Origin: Bacillota bacterium
GTDB lineage: Bacteria; Bacillota; Clostridia; TANB77; CAG-508
NCBI GenBank assembly: GCA_963929525.1
Contig: CAWVJB010000020.1
Span: forward strand, 2,890 to 66,889
Direction of reading: 5' to 3'
DNA: 64,000 bases
The notes below the pieces were generated by a model. It searched no databases. It was not told the DNA's origin and worked only from the letters and a program-made list of their open reading frames with translations. Shown in pieces: positions 38,149 through 48,453 of this stretch (positions are counted from its first letter, which is position 1; each line of letters opens with the position of its first letter). Made by a program: the position numbers and the translations under genes.

Positions 38149-39588
38149 ATGAAAAAATTAAATGGAGTAATATTACAAGCATTTGAATGGTATTTGGAAA
38201 CGAATCAAAATTGGTGGAATACATTAGCAAATGAAGCAGAAAAGTTAGCAGATATAGGAATAACAGCTGTATGGCTTCCGCCGGCATATAAAGGTATTAA
38301 CGGAAAAGATGAAGTAGGATATGGTGTATATGACTTATATGATTTAGGAGAATTTGACCAAAAGGGAACTGTGAAAACGAAATATGGTTCTAAAGATGAA
38401 TATTTAAATTGTATTATGACTTTAAAACAAGCAGGTATTGAAACATACGCAGATATTGTGTTAAATCACAAAATGGGAGCAGATTTGTTGCAAACTATTC
38501 CAGCAGAACAAGTTGATTGGGGAAACCACAATCATTTTGTAGAAAATCAAGTGGTAAGAGTAGCAACAAAATTCACTTTTCCAGGAAGAAAACATAAATA
38601 TTCAGATTTTGAATGGAATTGGACACATTTTGATGGAATTGACTATGATGATAAAACTAAAGAACATGCTATCTTTCGTTTTAAAGATAAAAGTTGGAGT
38701 GGGGCAGTTGATGAAGAATTTGGAAATTATGATTATTTAATGGGAGCAGATTTGGATTTTAAAAATCCAGAAGTGGTTCAAGAATGCTTAGATTGGGGAA
38801 AATGGTATTTAGAATTAACAAAGGTAGATGGTTTTCGTTTAGATGCTGTCAAACATATTGATGCCAATTTTTATAAAGATTGGATTAAAACACTAAGAAA
38901 ACAAACAGAAGATGAATTATTTGCAGTAGGAGAATATTGGAGTGGAGATATTTCAAAATTACATAGATATATTACAGAAACAGAAGGACAAATTTCTTTA
39001 TTTGATGTACCTTTGCATTATAATTTATATAATGCTTCAAAAGATGGAAATTATGACTTAACGAAAATCCTAAATAGCACATTAGTAAAAGAAAATCCAA
39101 GCAAAGCAGTAACATTTGTAGATAATCATGATACACAACCAGGACAAAGTTTAACAAGCTTTGTAGAAAGATGGTTTAAATTACCAGCATATGCAATTAT
39201 TTTATTAAGAGATGAAGGATATCCATGTGTATTTTGGGGAGATTTATATGGTATCAAACATGACAATATCGTACAAATTGAAGGTTTGTCAACATTGATT
39301 GATTTAAGAAAAGAAAAAGCATATGGAAAACAAAATGATTATTTTGATCATCCAAACTGTATCGGCTGGACGAGAGAAGGGGATAGAGAACATATAAAAT
39401 CTGGATTAGCCGTATTAATTGCGAATAAATTTGATGCAGAAAAACGAATGTATATAGGTACGCAATTTGCAGGAGAAAAATTTATAGATGCTATTGGTAG
39501 TTGTCAAGAAGAAGTTATCATTGATAATGAGGGATTTGGTATTTTTAAAGTAAAAGCAAAAACAGCTTCTGTTTGGATAAATGCATAG
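38149..39588 (+). CDS. GH13 alpha-amylase, no signal peptide
   Basis: DIVLNH, GFRLDAVKHI, EYW and FVDNHD conserved regions I-IV. Confidence 0.9.
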   Translation: MKKLNGVILQAFEWYLETNQNWWNTLANEAEKLADIGITAVWLPPAYKGINGKDEVGYGVYDLYDLGEFDQKGTVKTKYGSKDEYLNCIMTLKQAGIETYADIVLNHKMGADLLQTIPAEQVDWGNHNHFVENQVVRVATKFTFPGRKHKYSDFEWNWTHFDGIDYDDKTKEHAIFRFKDKSWSGAVDEEFGNYDYLMGADLDFKNPEVVQECLDWGKWYLELTKVDGFRLDAVKHIDANFYKDWIKTLRKQTEDELFAVGEYWSGDISKLHRYITETEGQISLFDVPLHYNLYNASKDGNYDLTKILNSTLVKENPSKAVTFVDNHDTQPGQSLTSFVERWFKLPAYAIILLRDEGYPCVFWGDLYGIKHDNIVQIEGLSTLIDLRKEKAYGKQNDYFDHPNCIGWTREGDREHIKSGLAVLIANKFDAEKRMYIGTQFAGEKFIDAIGSCQEEVIIDNEGFGIFKVKAKTASVWINA

Positions 39589-39590
39589 TT

Positions 39591-39814
39591 TTTTAAGTTT
39601 CGACATTTTTGCAGGTGAGGTGCGTTATTTTTTGAATAATTTCCTCGGCTTGCTACATAGATGATAACTTCTAAGTTTTTAATAAGCGAGCCTCTCGCTG
39701 TTCACGCTTCATCACTTATTAAAAACTAAGAATTTATACATTTATTCCACGGCACATTCGTCAATTTATTCAAAAAATAACGCACCTCACCTGCAAAAAT
39801 GTCGAAACTTAAAA
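39591..39814. repeat. 224-bp palindrome with 49-bp perfect arms
   Basis: ttttaagtttcgacatttttgcaggtgaggtgcgttattttttgaataa (39591-39639) and its exact complement (39766-39814). The interior is imperfectly palindromic and shares cctcggcttg with family I. Confidence 0.9.
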
Positions 39815-39893
39815 TGTGGTTTGGGTAGAAAAATCATCCGTTATGTGATATAATGTAGCAAATTGTATAGAAGAAATAAAAAGGAGAATGTAG

Positions 39894-40646
39894 ATGCCTA
39901 AATTTTTTGTGACAACCAATCAAATAGAAGGAAAGAAAATCTCAATACAAAATGAAGATGTCAATCACATAAAAAATGTTCTAAGAGCAAAAATAGACGA
40001 TACAATAGAAATATGTGATAGTATAACTTCTAAAAACTATATCTGCAAGATAGAGCAGATAGAAGAAAAAAATATATGTTGTCATATTGTTGAAGAAATT
40101 GAGTCTAACGTAGAACCACATATACAAGTAAGTATTTTTCAAGGATTACCAAAAGCAGATAAGATGGAATGGGTTATCCAAAAATCAGTAGAGTTAGGCG
40201 TATATGATATTACACCAGTAGAAATGAAAAGATGTGTGGTAAATTTAAAGGACAAAGATAAAGTAAAGAAAATACAAAGATGGCAAAAAATATCTGAAGG
40301 CGCTGCAAAACAGTCTGGAAGAGATAGAATTCCAACAATCCATCCAGTAATCAATGTTCATACATTATGTGAAAACATAAAAGAATATGATTTAGTATTG
40401 GTAGCTTATGAAAATGAGAAAGTAAATACATTAAAACAAGAATTAAAAAAAGTAAAACATGATTCAAATAAAGAAATGAAAATTGCTATTGTCATAGGTC
40501 CAGAAGGTGGAATCGATAAAGAAGAAATTATGAAATTGGAAGAACATCAAGCCAAAATCATCACATTAGGAAATAGGATATTACGAACTGAAACAGTTGC
40601 TTTAAATATATTGAGTATAATTATGTATGAATTAGAAATGAATTAA
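39894..40646 (+). CDS. rsmE: 16S rRNA (uracil1498-N3)-methyltransferase
   Basis: PUA-like N-terminus and SPOUT C-terminus (IVIGPEGG...LGNRILRTETVAL). Confidence 0.85.
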   Translation: MPKFFVTTNQIEGKKISIQNEDVNHIKNVLRAKIDDTIEICDSITSKNYICKIEQIEEKNICCHIVEEIESNVEPHIQVSIFQGLPKADKMEWVIQKSVELGVYDITPVEMKRCVVNLKDKDKVKKIQRWQKISEGAAKQSGRDRIPTIHPVINVHTLCENIKEYDLVLVAYENEKVNTLKQELKKVKHDSNKEMKIAIVIGPEGGIDKEEIMKLEEHQAKIITLGNRILRTETVALNILSIIMYELEMN

Positions 40647-40733
40647 AAAATAATTGCAATTTGGTCGTTTCTAAATTATATTTAAAACTTGAATTTTTTT
40701 AATCAAATATTGTAAATAGAAAGAGAGAAAAGG

Positions 40734-41504
40734 ATGAAAAAAGAAAAGACAAAAGTGAAAAATAGGAATGAGATTGAAACAGAGAAAGATAATAAAGAAA
40801 AAAAAATAATATACAAAGAAGATGAAGAAAAAATACAAGTAATTGTCGAAAAAGAAATAGCAAAGAAAAAAGTTCCTAAACAAATATCACAAGCAATATT
40901 AAAAAAGATATGCAAAAATTTAATATTAGCAATTGTGATTATGATATATTTTATTTCTTGTAATATCGTATATACACAAGTAGAGTGGAAGCAAATGGAA
41001 ACAATAACAAAAACAATTTCTGGTATCTTTTTATTAGTAAGTATTATTCTTTTTGAATTTGCATATAAAAGAGATAGTGAGACATTAACTATGACAGCAA
41101 TAGAATTGTTAGTATTAGCTATCCATGCATTATTTATCGATCATGTTGTTACAATCTATCAGATTGATTTTAGAAATTATTTAATAACGTCATCATGTAT
41201 ATTTGTGATATATTATGCATTAAAATCAACTGTTATTTATACAAGAGCTAGAATAAAATACTTGAAAAGTCTTAGTGATATATCAGAAATAGTAAAAGAT
41301 GAACCAGTTATAAAAGAAGCAAAAAAAAGAAACAAAGAACCAATTGTAGAAATAAAAGAACCAAAAATGGTAGAAAAAGAAGAGAAAAAGCAAAAGAACA
41401 AAAGTAGAGATAAGAATGCAAAAAAAGAAAATCAAGAAGAAATCCAAGACGAAAAAAAAAGAAGAGCTAAAGGTAAAAAAATAACAACAATTCAGAAAAC
41501 ATAA
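40734..41504 (+). CDS. Membrane protein with K/E-rich termini, function unknown
   Basis: Four predicted TM helices between lysine-rich low-complexity tails. GGA-rich RBS. Confidence 0.5.
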   Translation: MKKEKTKVKNRNEIETEKDNKEKKIIYKEDEEKIQVIVEKEIAKKKVPKQISQAILKKICKNLILAIVIMIYFISCNIVYTQVEWKQMETITKTISGIFLLVSIILFEFAYKRDSETLTMTAIELLVLAIHALFIDHVVTIYQIDFRNYLITSSCIFVIYYALKSTVIYTRARIKYLKSLSDISEIVKDEPVIKEAKKRNKEPIVEIKEPKMVEKEEKKQKNKSRDKNAKKENQEEIQDEKKRRAKGKKITTIQKT

Positions 41505-41529
41505 TTTGAGAAAGGAAATGTAGTAAAAG

Positions 41530-42405
41530 ATGATTAAAAGTATGACTGGTTATGGAAAATCCAATATGTCAAAAAATTCAAGAGAATATCAAGTAGAAAT
41601 AAAAAGTGTGAATCATAGATATTTAGATGTTTCCGTAAAAATGCCTAGGAGTTTAAGTTATCTAGAAGAAGAAATCAAAAAGGCTGTTTCAGCAAAGTTA
41701 ACCAGAGGAAAGGTAGATGTATTTATTACATTTAATAATAATTCTTTAGAAGGTAGAGATATTAAAATTAATACAGAAATTGCCAGAATGTATATAAAAG
41801 AATTAAGAGATTTGGCAGAATCAGAAGGGATTGTAGCAGATATTCCTGTAACAGAAATTTCTAAATTACCAGATGTATTAACCATTCAAAACAATCAAGA
41901 TGATGAAACAATAAAAAATGAATTGCTTGAAGTAAGTAGCAAAGCAATTGATAATCTAGTCGATATGAGAAAAGTGGAAGGAGAAAAAATTGCACAGGAT
42001 TTATTGGTAAGAATACAGGATATAGAAGAGAAAGTAAAAAAAATATCTTCACTTTCCACTGGACTTATTGACGAATATGTAGTAAAATTAAGTACGAGGA
42101 TAAAAGATTTGTTACAAGACCAAGAAATAGATGAAGCAAGATTAGCGCAAGAAGTCGTTATCTATGCAGACAAATGCTCTATAGAAGAAGAAGTAACAAG
42201 ATTACATAGCCATATTTATCAATTTAGAGAATTATCAAATAGTAATGAGGCTATAGGTAAAAAATTAGATTTCATGATTCAAGAAATGAATCGAGAAACC
42301 AATACCATTGGTTCAAAAGCAAATAATTTAGAAATTACAAATGAAGTCATTAACATGAAAACACAATTAGAAAACATAAGAGAGCAAGTACAAAATATAG
42401 AATAA
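41530..42405 (+). CDS. yicC: YicC/YloC family protein
   Basis: MIKSMTGYG...EIKSVNHRYLD...DFMIQEMNRETNTIGSKA. Confidence 0.85.
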   Translation: MIKSMTGYGKSNMSKNSREYQVEIKSVNHRYLDVSVKMPRSLSYLEEEIKKAVSAKLTRGKVDVFITFNNNSLEGRDIKINTEIARMYIKELRDLAESEGIVADIPVTEISKLPDVLTIQNNQDDETIKNELLEVSSKAIDNLVDMRKVEGEKIAQDLLVRIQDIEEKVKKISSLSTGLIDEYVVKLSTRIKDLLQDQEIDEARLAQEVVIYADKCSIEEEVTRLHSHIYQFRELSNSNEAIGKKLDFMIQEMNRETNTIGSKANNLEITNEVINMKTQLENIREQVQNIE

Positions 42406-42420
42406 GAAGGGAATGATTTT

Positions 42421-42675
42421 ATGCAATTAGTAAATATTGGATTTGGAAATATTGTATCAGCAGAGAGAATTGTAGCAATTGTTAGTCCAGAATCAGCACC
42501 AATTAAAAGATTAATACAAGAAGCAAAAGATAATAAAACAGCAGTAGATGCAACATATGGAAGAAGAACAAGAGCTGTATTAATTATGGACTCAGGACAT
42601 GTTATTTTATCAGCTGTACAACCAGAGACAGTTGGAGGAAGAATTGATAAAGACATTTCACAAGAAGAAAACTAA
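42421..42675 (+). CDS. remA: RemA (DUF370) family regulator
   Basis: [32 protein letters not shown]...[10 protein letters not shown]. Confidence 0.9.
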   Translation: MQLVNIGFGNIVSAERIVAIVSPESAPIKRLIQEAKDNKTAVDATYGRRTRAVLIMDSGHVILSAVQPETVGGRIDKDISQEEN

Positions 42676-42676
42676 G

Positions 42677-42805
42677 TGATGATTTTGGGTGATTTTGGGT
42701 GATTTTGGGGACGGAGCAAAAAATCATCATCTGAATGTTAATGATAAAATTAAAATAATCAAGATTTAAAAATGATGATTTTTTTCTCCGTCCCCAAAAT
42801 CATCA
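42677..42805. repeat. Family D palindrome, copy 1
   Basis: Arms tgattttggggacggagcaaaaaatcatca / tgatgatttttttctccgtccccaaaatcatca. The left edge carries gattttgggt x3 (42681-42710). Confidence 0.9.
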
Positions 42806-42828
42806 GAAAAGAAAGGAAATGATAAACA

Positions 42829-43020
42829 ATGATCGTAAAACCTAGTGTTTCAGAATTACTTACAAAAGCAAATAATCGATATGAATTAGTAATTGCAACA
42901 GCTAGAAGAGCAAGACAAATTGCTTCTGGTGCAACACCATTAGTAGAAACAAAAGAAGAATCACCAGTAACCATAGCTGCTATTGAAATTGCAGAAGGGA
43001 AGGTTGCCATAGAATGTTAG
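42829..43020 (+). CDS. rpoZ: DNA-directed RNA polymerase subunit omega
   Basis: PSVSELLTKANNRYELVIATARRARQI. Confidence 0.85.
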   Translation: MIVKPSVSELLTKANNRYELVIATARRARQIASGATPLVETKEESPVTIAAIEIAEGKVAIEC

Positions 43021-43589
43021 TCATATTATCCGGAGTAGCAGGCGCAGGAAAAGATACGATAAAAAAAGAACTAATTAAACGAATGGAAAATGTAGAATCA
43101 CTACCTTCTTATACATCAAGAGCTATTCGTGGAGGAGATGTAGAAGGAGAAACTTACCATTTTGTTTCTAGAGAAGAATTTGAAACAATGATAGAAAATG
43201 AAGAGTTTTATGAATATGATATTCATCATAATCAATATTATGGAACGTCTAGAAAATTATTGAATGATAAAATAAAAAGTGGAAAAATTATTGTTAAAGA
43301 TATTGATGTAAATGGTACAGAACACTTAAAAGATTTATTAGGAAATGACACAAAAGTGGTTACTATATTTTTACGTGTTCCCAAAGAGGAGTTAAAACAT
43401 CGTTTGGAAAATAGAATAGACAAGCCAAGTCCGCAAGAAATTATATTACGTTTAAATCGTTTTGATTATGAAGAATCTAGAATTCATTTATATGATTATG
43501 TATTAAAAAATAATGATTTAGAAAAAACGGTACAAATTATTATGACCATTATAGAAAATGAAGTAAGATTGGAAAAAGAACAAAATTAA
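43014..43589 (+). CDS. gmk: Guanylate-kinase-like protein (divergent)
   Basis: SGVAGAGKDT P-loop and SYTSRAIRGGDVEGETYHFVSREEFE resemble GMP kinase. Start overlaps the rpoZ stop (ATGTTAG). Confidence 0.6.
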   Translation: MLVILSGVAGAGKDTIKKELIKRMENVESLPSYTSRAIRGGDVEGETYHFVSREEFETMIENEEFYEYDIHHNQYYGTSRKLLNDKIKSGKIIVKDIDVNGTEHLKDLLGNDTKVVTIFLRVPKEELKHRLENRIDKPSPQEIILRLNRFDYEESRIHLYDYVLKNNDLEKTVQIIMTIIENEVRLEKEQN

Positions 43590-43658
43590 TATTTGACAAT
43601 CCTATTTTATAAATATACAAAAATAAGCATGAATAGAAATATTTGTGTTTATTTTTTT

Positions 43659-43777
43659 GATGATGATTTTGGGGACGGAGCAAAAAATCATCACTTGTGA
43701 TTAATAATAAAAAAAATTTAATAGATAAATGTAAATTTAAAAGTGATGATTTTTTGCTCCGTCCCCAAAATCATCAC
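43659..43777. repeat. Family D palindrome, copy 2
   Basis: 35-bp perfect arms tgatgattttggggacggagcaaaaaatcatcactt with a 44-nt AT-rich loop. Confidence 0.9.
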
Positions 43778-43872
43778 CAAACTCTTGTTTTTACAAAAAA
43801 AGTATAGTATAATGTGACTGAAAATATAAACATTAGAAATAAATATAAATATCAGATTATGGAGGAATTTTC

Positions 43873-46702
43873 ATGAATGACAAAATTATCATAAAGGGTG
43901 CAAAAGAACATAATTTAAAAAATATAAATTTAGAAATACCAAGAGATAAATTGGTAGTTATTACAGGGCTATCTGGTTCTGGAAAATCTAGTTTAGCATT
44001 TGATACCTTATATGCAGAAGGTCAAAGAAGATATGTAGAAAGTTTGTCATCTTATGCTAGACAATTCTTAGGATTAATGGAAAAACCAGATGTAGAAAGT
44101 ATAGAAGGATTATCACCAGCGATTTCCATCGATCAAAAAACAACTTCAAAAAATCCTCGTTCCACAGTAGGAACTGTTACAGAAATCTATGACTATATCC
44201 GTTTGTTATATGCCAGAATTGGTGTACCATATTGTCCAAATTGTGGAAAGAAAATAGAAAAACAAACCATTGATCAAATTGTAGATAATATCATGGCGTT
44301 AGAAGAGGGGACTAGAATTCAAGTATTGGCACCAGTGGTTAGAGGAAGAAAAGGTGAATATACAAAACAATTAGAGGAATTCCAAAAAGAAGGATTTGTC
44401 AGAGTTCGAATTGATGGAGAGATGTATGAGCTTTCTGATGACATTACATTAGATAGAAAGAAAAAACACAATATTGAATTAGTAGTAGATAGATTGGTGA
44501 TTAAACCAGAAATCTTAAGTAGATTAACAGAATCAGTAGAAATTGCTTTAAAACATGCAAATCACTTGGTGTTAATTGATGCAGTTGGAAAAGGAGAAAA
44601 ATTATACAGTTGTAATTATGCATGTCCTGATTGTGGTTTTAGTTTTCCAGAATTAACACCTAGAATGTTTTCATTTAATAATCCAATGGGAGCTTGTCCA
44701 ACTTGTACAGGTATTGGATATCTAATGAAAATGGATGAAGACTTAATTATTCCAGATAAGAACAAAACTTTATATGATGGTGTAAAAGCTTTTGGATCAA
44801 GTACCATGAAAAAAGGAGACACCATGGCAAAAATGTATTTTGAAAGTATCGGAAAACATTATGGAATTGATATCAGAGGAAAGAAAATCAAAGAATTGCC
44901 TAGAAGTTTTATGGAAAAAATCTTGTATGGTACAGGTGATGAAGAAATTGATTTTGAATATGCTTCACCAGCAGGAGTAAGAAGATTTACAGCACCATTT
45001 GAAGGGGTACTTCCAACATTAGATAGACGTCATAATGAAACAAAATCACAAGGAATGCGTGATTTTTATGAAATGTATATGACAAATTCTCCATGTTATG
45101 CATGTCATGGAGCCAGATTAAGACCTGAAATTTTGTCTATCAAAGTGGGGGATAAAAATATCAATGAATTAACTGCTATGTCCATTAACCAAATCAAAGA
45201 CTATTTAGATAATTTACAATTAAATAAAACAGAAGCCATGATTTCAGATTTAATTTTAAAAGAAATCCATCAAAGATTACAATTTTTAATGGATGTGGGA
45301 CTAGAATATTTAACACTATCTAGAAGTGCAGGAACTTTGTCAGGAGGAGAAGCACAAAGAATTCGTTTGGCAACACAAATTGGATCTGGTCTAACAGGTG
45401 TATTATATATCTTAGATGAACCAAGTATCGGATTACATCAAAGAGATAATGATCGATTATTAGCAACATTAAAAAAATTAAGAGATTTGGGAAATACTCT
45501 ATTGGTTGTAGAACATGATGAAGATACCATGTATGCAGCAGATCAAGTCATTGACATAGGACCAGGAGCAGGAACACATGGTGGACAAGTGATGGCTCAG
45601 CGGAACGGCTGAAGAAATTAAGCAAGTAGAAAATTCGATTACAGGAAAATATTTAAGTGGAAGATTAAAAATTCCATTACCACAAAAAAGAAGAAAACAT
45701 ACAAAATCAAAAGTCATTGAAGTACAAGGTGCCACAGAAAATAACCTAAAAAATATTAGTGTGAAATTCCCATTAGGCGTATTTACTTGTGTGACAGGAG
45801 TATCTGGTTCAGGAAAGTCTACATTAGTAAATGAAGTGTTATATAAAACCATTGCTAAAGAATTAAATGGTTCTAATGAAAAACCAGGAAAATGTAAGGG
45901 AATCAAAGGTATTAATCAAATTGACAAAATTATTAATATAGATCAATCACCAATTGGAAGAACGCCTCGTTCAAATCCAGCAACATATACAGGTGTATTT
46001 GATTTTATTAGAGATATTTTTGCTGAAACAGAAGAAGCAAAATTAAGAGGATATCAAAAGGGAAGATTTAGCTTTAATGTTGAAGGAGGAAGATGTGAAA
46101 GTTGTCATGGTGATGGTGTGCATAAAATTGAAATGCATTTCTTGCCAGATATCTATGTACCTTGTGAAGTGTGTAAAGGAAAAAGATACAACAGAGAAAC
46201 CTTAGAGGTAAAATATAAAGGAAAAACCATTGCAGATGTGCTAGACATGACAGTTGAAGAGGCTTTACAATTTTTTGATAAAATACCAAGAATTAAACAA
46301 AAAATTCAAACATTATATGATGTAGGATTAAGTTATATCAAATTAGGACAGCCATCAACAACCTTATCAGGAGGAGAAGCACAAAGAGTAAAATTAGCAA
46401 CAGAATTATCAAAAAAAGCAACAGGAAAAACATTATATATTTTAGACGAACCAACCACAGGACTTCATATTGCAGATGTTCATAAATTGGTAGATATCTT
46501 ACAAAGATTAGTCGATACAGGAAATACGATTATTGTTATCGAGCATAATCTAGATTTAATCAAAACTTGTGATCATATTATTGACTTAGGTCCAGAAGGT
46601 GGAGACAATGGAGGAGAAGTCGTTGCTGTTGGAACACCTGAGCAGGTTTGTTTAAATGAGAAAAGCTATACAGGTAAATTTTTGAAGAAATATTTAGAAT
46701 AA
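43873..46702 (+). pseudogene. uvrA: Excinuclease ABC subunit A with a +1 frameshift near 45601
   Basis: Frame 1 ends [10 protein letters not shown]. The next frame continues [20 protein letters not shown]... through the second ABC module to 46702. An extra C appears in gctcagCggaacg. Confidence 0.85.
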
Positions 46703-47151
46703 AACCAGAGGGAAAAAAGTGTGCATTTACAATGCCATCCAGCAGAAGAGGATGAGTCAGTGTAAAAAAGAATATTGTAAGAGTTCTGAGAACTTGGCTT
46801 ATAAAAGTCAGATTCTACTGCATGTAATCCAAGGAGAGTACAGTCCCGTTTCACACATTGAACTATACTGTTAATTTGAAACGGAGTGAAAATATACTTT
46901 TCTCCAGTTCTCCAGTGTTTTTTTAAAGTGTTTAAGGTATCTTCAATTTCACCTTCATCAAAGATATCACTTTCATTAAAAAGAGCAGATAAAATCCCAG
47001 GACAATAATATTTCTGATTTTCATCTTTATAATGAAGACCTAAGGCATGTGCATAGCAATTAATTCCTTCCTAATTCCGGTATTCGGGAAAAAAAGGTGG
47101 GAAGTTTCCCATAGATTTTTTAATTTCTTCAAAAATTTTTTTTGATTCCAT
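46666..47151 (-). pseudogene. Hypothetical protein interrupted by an in-frame TAG (possible Cys/His hydrolase fold)
   Basis: MESKKIFEEIKKSMGNFPPFFPEYRN-TAG-EGINCYAHALGLHYKDENQKYYCPGIL...SSAGWH lies in a single frame. The 3' end overlaps uvrA by about 37 nt. Confidence 0.4.
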
Positions 47152-47371
47152 ATAAAATTTCCTTTCTTTGATAGCTATCTGAACAATATGATAGCTGAAT
47201 GTATGGTTCATTGTTACAAACATAAAATAAAGAAAATGCAAATTTGTATAAATTATGTTTTTTTGCAAATACTAAAAATATCCATTCAAGAAATGTACAG
47301 GCAAAAGCAGGCTTTTTTAGGTATTCTTTTTATAACTTTTTAAAAGCCATGTCATAAGAAAGGAGAAATGT

Positions 47372-48307
47372 ATGTTGAATTTTAGAACAGATTTGGCAGC
47401 AGAGAGAAGGGAAATCTATAGAACAGCGAATAAATTAGAAAATGAGATTAATGGTATAGAAAGTGAAGAACAACAAATTAATGAAAATATAAAAGTGGAT
47501 AGAGTAAAAATAACGAATGAAGAAGGGGAAAAAGCAATCGGAAAACCAAAAGGTGTCTATGTAACCATTGATATTAAAAATTTAAAAATTGCAGGAGAAG
47601 AAGAAATTCAAAAATCAGCAGATACCGTAGCTGAGGAATTAAGAAAAATTGTAGATAGTCATGTTGACAAAAATGGAGAAATATTAGTAGTGGGACTTGG
47701 AAATATTTATGTAACACCAGATGCATTAGGTCCAAAAGTCATTAATGATATAGAGGTAACAAGACATATGATTAAATATTTGCCACAATATGTAAAAGAA
47801 GGTGCTAGAAATGTGAGTGCTATATCTCCAGGAGTGCTAGGAACAACAGGTATAGAAACAGTGGAAATTTTAAAGGGAATTGTAGAGAATACACATCCTA
47901 AATTATTGATTGTGATTGATGCTTTAGCATCTAGAAGTATAGAAAGAATTAGTAGTACTGTACAAATATCAGATACAGGTATTGTACCAGGTGCAGGGGT
48001 TGGAAATACCAGAAAAGAAATTAGTCAAAATACATTAGGAATTCCAGTCGTGGCAATAGGAATTCCAACAGTTGTGGAAACAGCAGTTTTGGTCAATGAT
48101 TCATTAGATTTATTTATTACGAAGTTACAGGATGAAGCAAAATCAAATGATTATTTAAATCAATTAAAGGAAGAAGATAATTATGAAGAAATTAAAGAAG
48201 CATTGGTTCCACAAGATTATAATCTCATTGTGACTCCAAAAGAAATTGATGGATTGATTGATAATATGAGTAAAATTGTAGCAACAGGAATTAATCAAGC
48301 AATATAG
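47372..48307 (+). CDS. gpr: Germination protease (GPR endopeptidase)
   Basis: MLNFRTDLAAERREIY...VVGLGN..VTPDALGP...VIDALA is typical of the A25 spore protease. Confidence 0.85.
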   Translation: MLNFRTDLAAERREIYRTANKLENEINGIESEEQQINENIKVDRVKITNEEGEKAIGKPKGVYVTIDIKNLKIAGEEEIQKSADTVAEELRKIVDSHVDKNGEILVVGLGNIYVTPDALGPKVINDIEVTRHMIKYLPQYVKEGARNVSAISPGVLGTTGIETVEILKGIVENTHPKLLIVIDALASRSIERISSTVQISDTGIVPGAGVGNTRKEISQNTLGIPVVAIGIPTVVETAVLVNDSLDLFITKLQDEAKSNDYLNQLKEEDNYEEIKEALVPQDYNLIVTPKEIDGLIDNMSKIVATGINQAI

Positions 48308-48453
48308 AATACCATAACTTTTCCCTGTCCTTTAGTGGGTTGTGAATTGCAACGAACTGTAACACAATTTGTAGAAATTATAGAAAAATGGTTGAAAAAA
48401 ACTCTTTCTTAAGATATAATCTTTATAAATAGGAAAAGAAAAGAGGGATTTCT

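Noticed and set aside
40671-40915. Phe-rich minus-strand ORFs 40671..40883 and 40703..40915
   Set aside because: They are the antisense of the lysine-rich (AAA/AAG) N-terminus of gene 40734..41504, which is a compositional artefact.
47071-47073. In-frame TAG as a pyrrolysine codon
   Set aside because: No pyl genes or PYLIS-like context appear in the window, and TAG serves as an ordinary stop for several genes here (birA, amylase, NUDIX). A nonsense mutation is far more likely.
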